Part shown: piece after piece, positions 61,414 through 64,000 of the stretch
Layout: every line of letters starts with the position of its first letter
Numbering within the stretch: position 1 is the first letter of the stretch
Position numbers and translations under genes: made by a program
Notes under the pieces: model-generated
The model's input: only the letters and a program-made list of their open reading frames with translations
What the model was told of the DNA's origin: nothing
Database searches by the model: none
Source: Schmidtea polychroa
Taxonomy: Eukaryota
Direction: 5' to 3'
Length of the DNA: 64,000 nt
Assembly: GCA_044892525.1 (NCBI GenBank)
Contig: CM097886.1
Span: 17,608,001 to 17,672,000 of the forward strand

Positions 61414-64000
61414 TGTTGGGGTTACACCTCGGCTGACCGCTCTACCATATTGACGGGTCTAAGGGTTGATTGTCCATCTCGAATAAAAGGTGCCACCGAT
61501 TTGTCAACCTGGAGTGAAACCCCACATAACTTTCTTCCAACATAGTGCCCGTGAATCACTTCACGTTGGTACTGCACTATGCAGGCGAGACACCAGCAAG
61601 CAGGTGAGCTTCTGCCTTAAAACTACTCCTTGCTGAGGCCTCGACTTCCCATTCACGACTGCCGATAGAAGGGCTTACGTCCATTTCCTTACACAACCAC
61701 TTATCAGGATTCGCTGAACGCAAATTGGGAATTTCTCACTAGATCCTGCGGGTTCTCTACTCAACCCACTTAATTAAAGTCTAATTATTCATGAACGAAA
61801 ACGTGTAAGACAACAAGATTTATTAATTTCAACGTTATGACACAAGGATTCAGCTGTACACTTTACTAATGTTTGTCGAAAGAAGAGAAAACATCATAAT
61901 CAACATAGATCGGGTCCTTGTTCTTCATCCTGACCGCCACTGGGGTTCTATTGTTTCTCCCATTCAGCGTCGGCGAATAATTCGTCGAGGTTAAAAAACT
62001 CGGAAGCGTTCTCTTCCCACGTTACGCCAGCGGCTGATATGATTCGTGCTGAGGGTCCCGTTGTTAGGTCGATGGACACGTGAGAGTTACCACCGTTGGT
62101 TGAATCCTCTATTGATGGGATGTTTGGCTTTGTAGTGGCGCGTTCGCGCTGTCTCTTCTTGCGCTCTGCACGAGAGAGTTGTTTGCGCTTGGGTTTGCTT
62201 GAAGATGCCACTTGCAGAAGGGTGACAGGTACAGATGGACTAGCAGTGGGGGGCTTACTGGTACCCGTGATGACAACATCTGGTCGCTTGGGGGACAATT
62301 CGTTTTCGACGCAGTCTCGGCACGGTCTCTTGAACGGTGGAGATGGATTCGAGGAAAGGTTGTGATGAGGCGGAAAGATGTCATCGGCCTCTCGGATGGG
62401 AATCTGCACAATTTTTCGGGTTGTAACCGCCTGCATGTAAACCTTATGCAGTGCCTCGGATTGTTCTCTGATTAGACTTCTTTGGGCACGGCTCTCAGAT
62501 ATTAGCGCGTCCCGGCAATGCTCGCTACGATCGAGCTTCTTTTGGATCTCCTTCATCCGAGCGGGACTAAACCATGTCCCTTCCAGCTCGTCGATTTTTC
62601 GTTTATATCGACCGATCTGGGCTTGAAGATCTTTAATCACTGCATTTTTATCTGAGCAGGAGAAGCAGGGACGTAGAGCTGATTTGTTGTTTGATAACAT
62701 AATGGATGGCTAAAGAAGAAAACTATGGTGACTATATCTAAAAATTTCGGATCAGATACACGGTTTATCCGCTATTGGATACTTAGTGCTGGAAGAAAAC
62801 AAGACGAGTCGACGAAACAGGATCCCTCCCTTCACCCTTGATTACTAATATTTTACGTATCCTTTACAGAAAATTATTCCCCAACGCCCTGATTGCTTCC
62901 CTGACGAATGCAAATTATTTGTAAAAATTTTAATTTTCGTCTGTCGCGTTCGAGTTGGATTTCTATCTATCGCACATAACGGCAATTGACGGATTGGTTC
63001 ATGCCGGAGTGAATAAACCTATTTCATTACAAATACACTATACTACACTTCGTTTAAATTTCGCTGATTATTTGTTGTTATTCTAATGCAAAATAAGGTT
63101 TTTGGACCAAATGCAACTAGTAAAAACTTGCACCCTTACTTCAAGTAGCGGAATAAGTAACAACTCGTAATTTCGTATAAACTATACGTCACTATTTTAT
63201 GATTACCCCTTATCCATACCATACGGTGATATCGTCGTAGAAATATAGCATCGTAAAAATATTGTAATTACATAATAATTTGTTATCGGATTTAGTTTTC
63301 TATTACGATACGTCATTTACAGGGAATATGAGAAATTTAACTACAATATTACTAGCTATTTTATAACCCAAAAATTCCTGTAGATACTTTAGTTAATTTA
63401 AATTTGGCTCGAAGGCTACTACTATGATTTGTAACATCTAATTAGAATTACGATAAACCTCTACAACACTTAGGTAAAACTTCCTATGGTTTAGTTATAA
63501 AGTTTGGTTTGAATTTTCGATTATTAATTAAAATACCCCTTCAACAATTTCGATTTTTATTTAGCATATTTAATTTAAGCAAAATTATCTTTAATGAGTG
63601 CACTTTAGAGAGTCCCTTATCTTAGTAGTCGGTTACTGGTTATTTGGCTTATCTTTTTAGTGGTACGAATGGCCTTTATCAGTAGTGAAATTTAAGAGTC
63701 AGTCATCTGGAAGTCACATCTCATGTCAGCATTATCTAATAGGACCACTGATTACTACTCACACACTAAGAATCCTAGAGAGGGTGACACATGGCGGCAT
63801 TCCCTGCGGTGAGAGGCACTCGGAATGACTCTGCTGTTTCTCATGCATATTTCTGACCGGATGACGCTACTCATAGTTATGTTAGCAGCATGTCTGTATG
63901 TATGGGTGCCTATTCGATGGAAATTTTATCTGTAACTATCAACCGTACTGAGCGAACTGCAAATGTTACATCGCGTGTCGATTCCCATCTGAGCTTATGA
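61414..64000 (-). repeat. E2 5' LTR (partial)
   Basis: Matches 35179-37765 with no difference spotted by eye. Confidence 0.95.
61948..62700 (-). CDS. LTR-encoded 250-aa protein, E2 5' LTR copy
   Basis: Translation identical to 35713-36465. Confidence 0.8.
   Translation of the reverse strand: MLSNNKSALRPCFSCSDKNAVIKDLQAQIGRYKRKIDELEGTWFSPARMKEIQKKLDRSEHCRDALISESRAQRSLIREQSEALHKVYMQAVTTRKIVQIPIREADDIFPPHHNLSSNPSPPFKRPCRDCVENELSPKRPDVVITGTSKPPTASPSVPVTLLQVASSSKPKRKQLSRAERKKRQRERATTKPNIPSIEDSTNGGNSHVSIDLTTGPSARIISAAGVTWEENASEFFNLDELFADAEWEKQ

Larger units (their letters stand above)
35179..64000 (-). mobile_element. Giant Ty3/Gypsy-type LTR retroelement E2 (same family as E1), 5' LTR truncated by the window edge
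   Basis: LTR copies at a constant offset of 26,235, tRNA-Pro-like PBS, and the same gene set and order as E1. The predicted end is near 65,578 with TSD CTCT (left flank 35175-35178). Confidence 0.96.

Overview
AT-rich eukaryotic (invertebrate-like) genomic DNA, almost entirely occupied by two related giant (~30.5 kb) Ty3/Gypsy-type LTR retroelements lying tail-to-tail. Element 1 (E1, + strand, 1489-32251) is complete: 4,205-bp LTRs (TGTTGG...CCAACA), a TGAG target-site duplication and a tRNA-Pro PBS. Element 2 (E2, - strand, 35179 to beyond the window) has a 4,165-bp 3' LTR and a truncated 5' LTR. Each encodes one ~4,600-aa polyprotein ordered Gag(3xCCHC) - 3 ubiquitin-like domains - Bcl-2-like domain - signal peptide/chuvirus-like glycoprotein/TM - PR - RT - RNase H - IN - ankyrin repeats - a second small membrane protein. 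Each copy has one lesion at a different place. Each also carries seven accessory genes: an LTR-internal basic protein, an IAP-type RING, a full TRAF-like protein, three coiled-coil proteins and a type I membrane protein. Cis-elements shared by both copies suggest complex-retrovirus-like regulation: a CCAAT/TATA promoter with a ~22-nt leader exon and splice donor, splice acceptors just before every accessory ATG, and an array of 12-14 bulged-A hairpins supported by compensatory base changes. Between the elements are a small intron-containing host gene (PSMG4/PAC4-like) and a Merlin transposase relic interrupted by E2. A decayed pogo/Tigger transposon occupies the start of the window. Size and layout recall the giant 'Burro' Gypsy elements of the planarian Schmidtea mediterranea, but host and family cannot be confirmed here. 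All domain calls are motif recognition by eye, without database searches.
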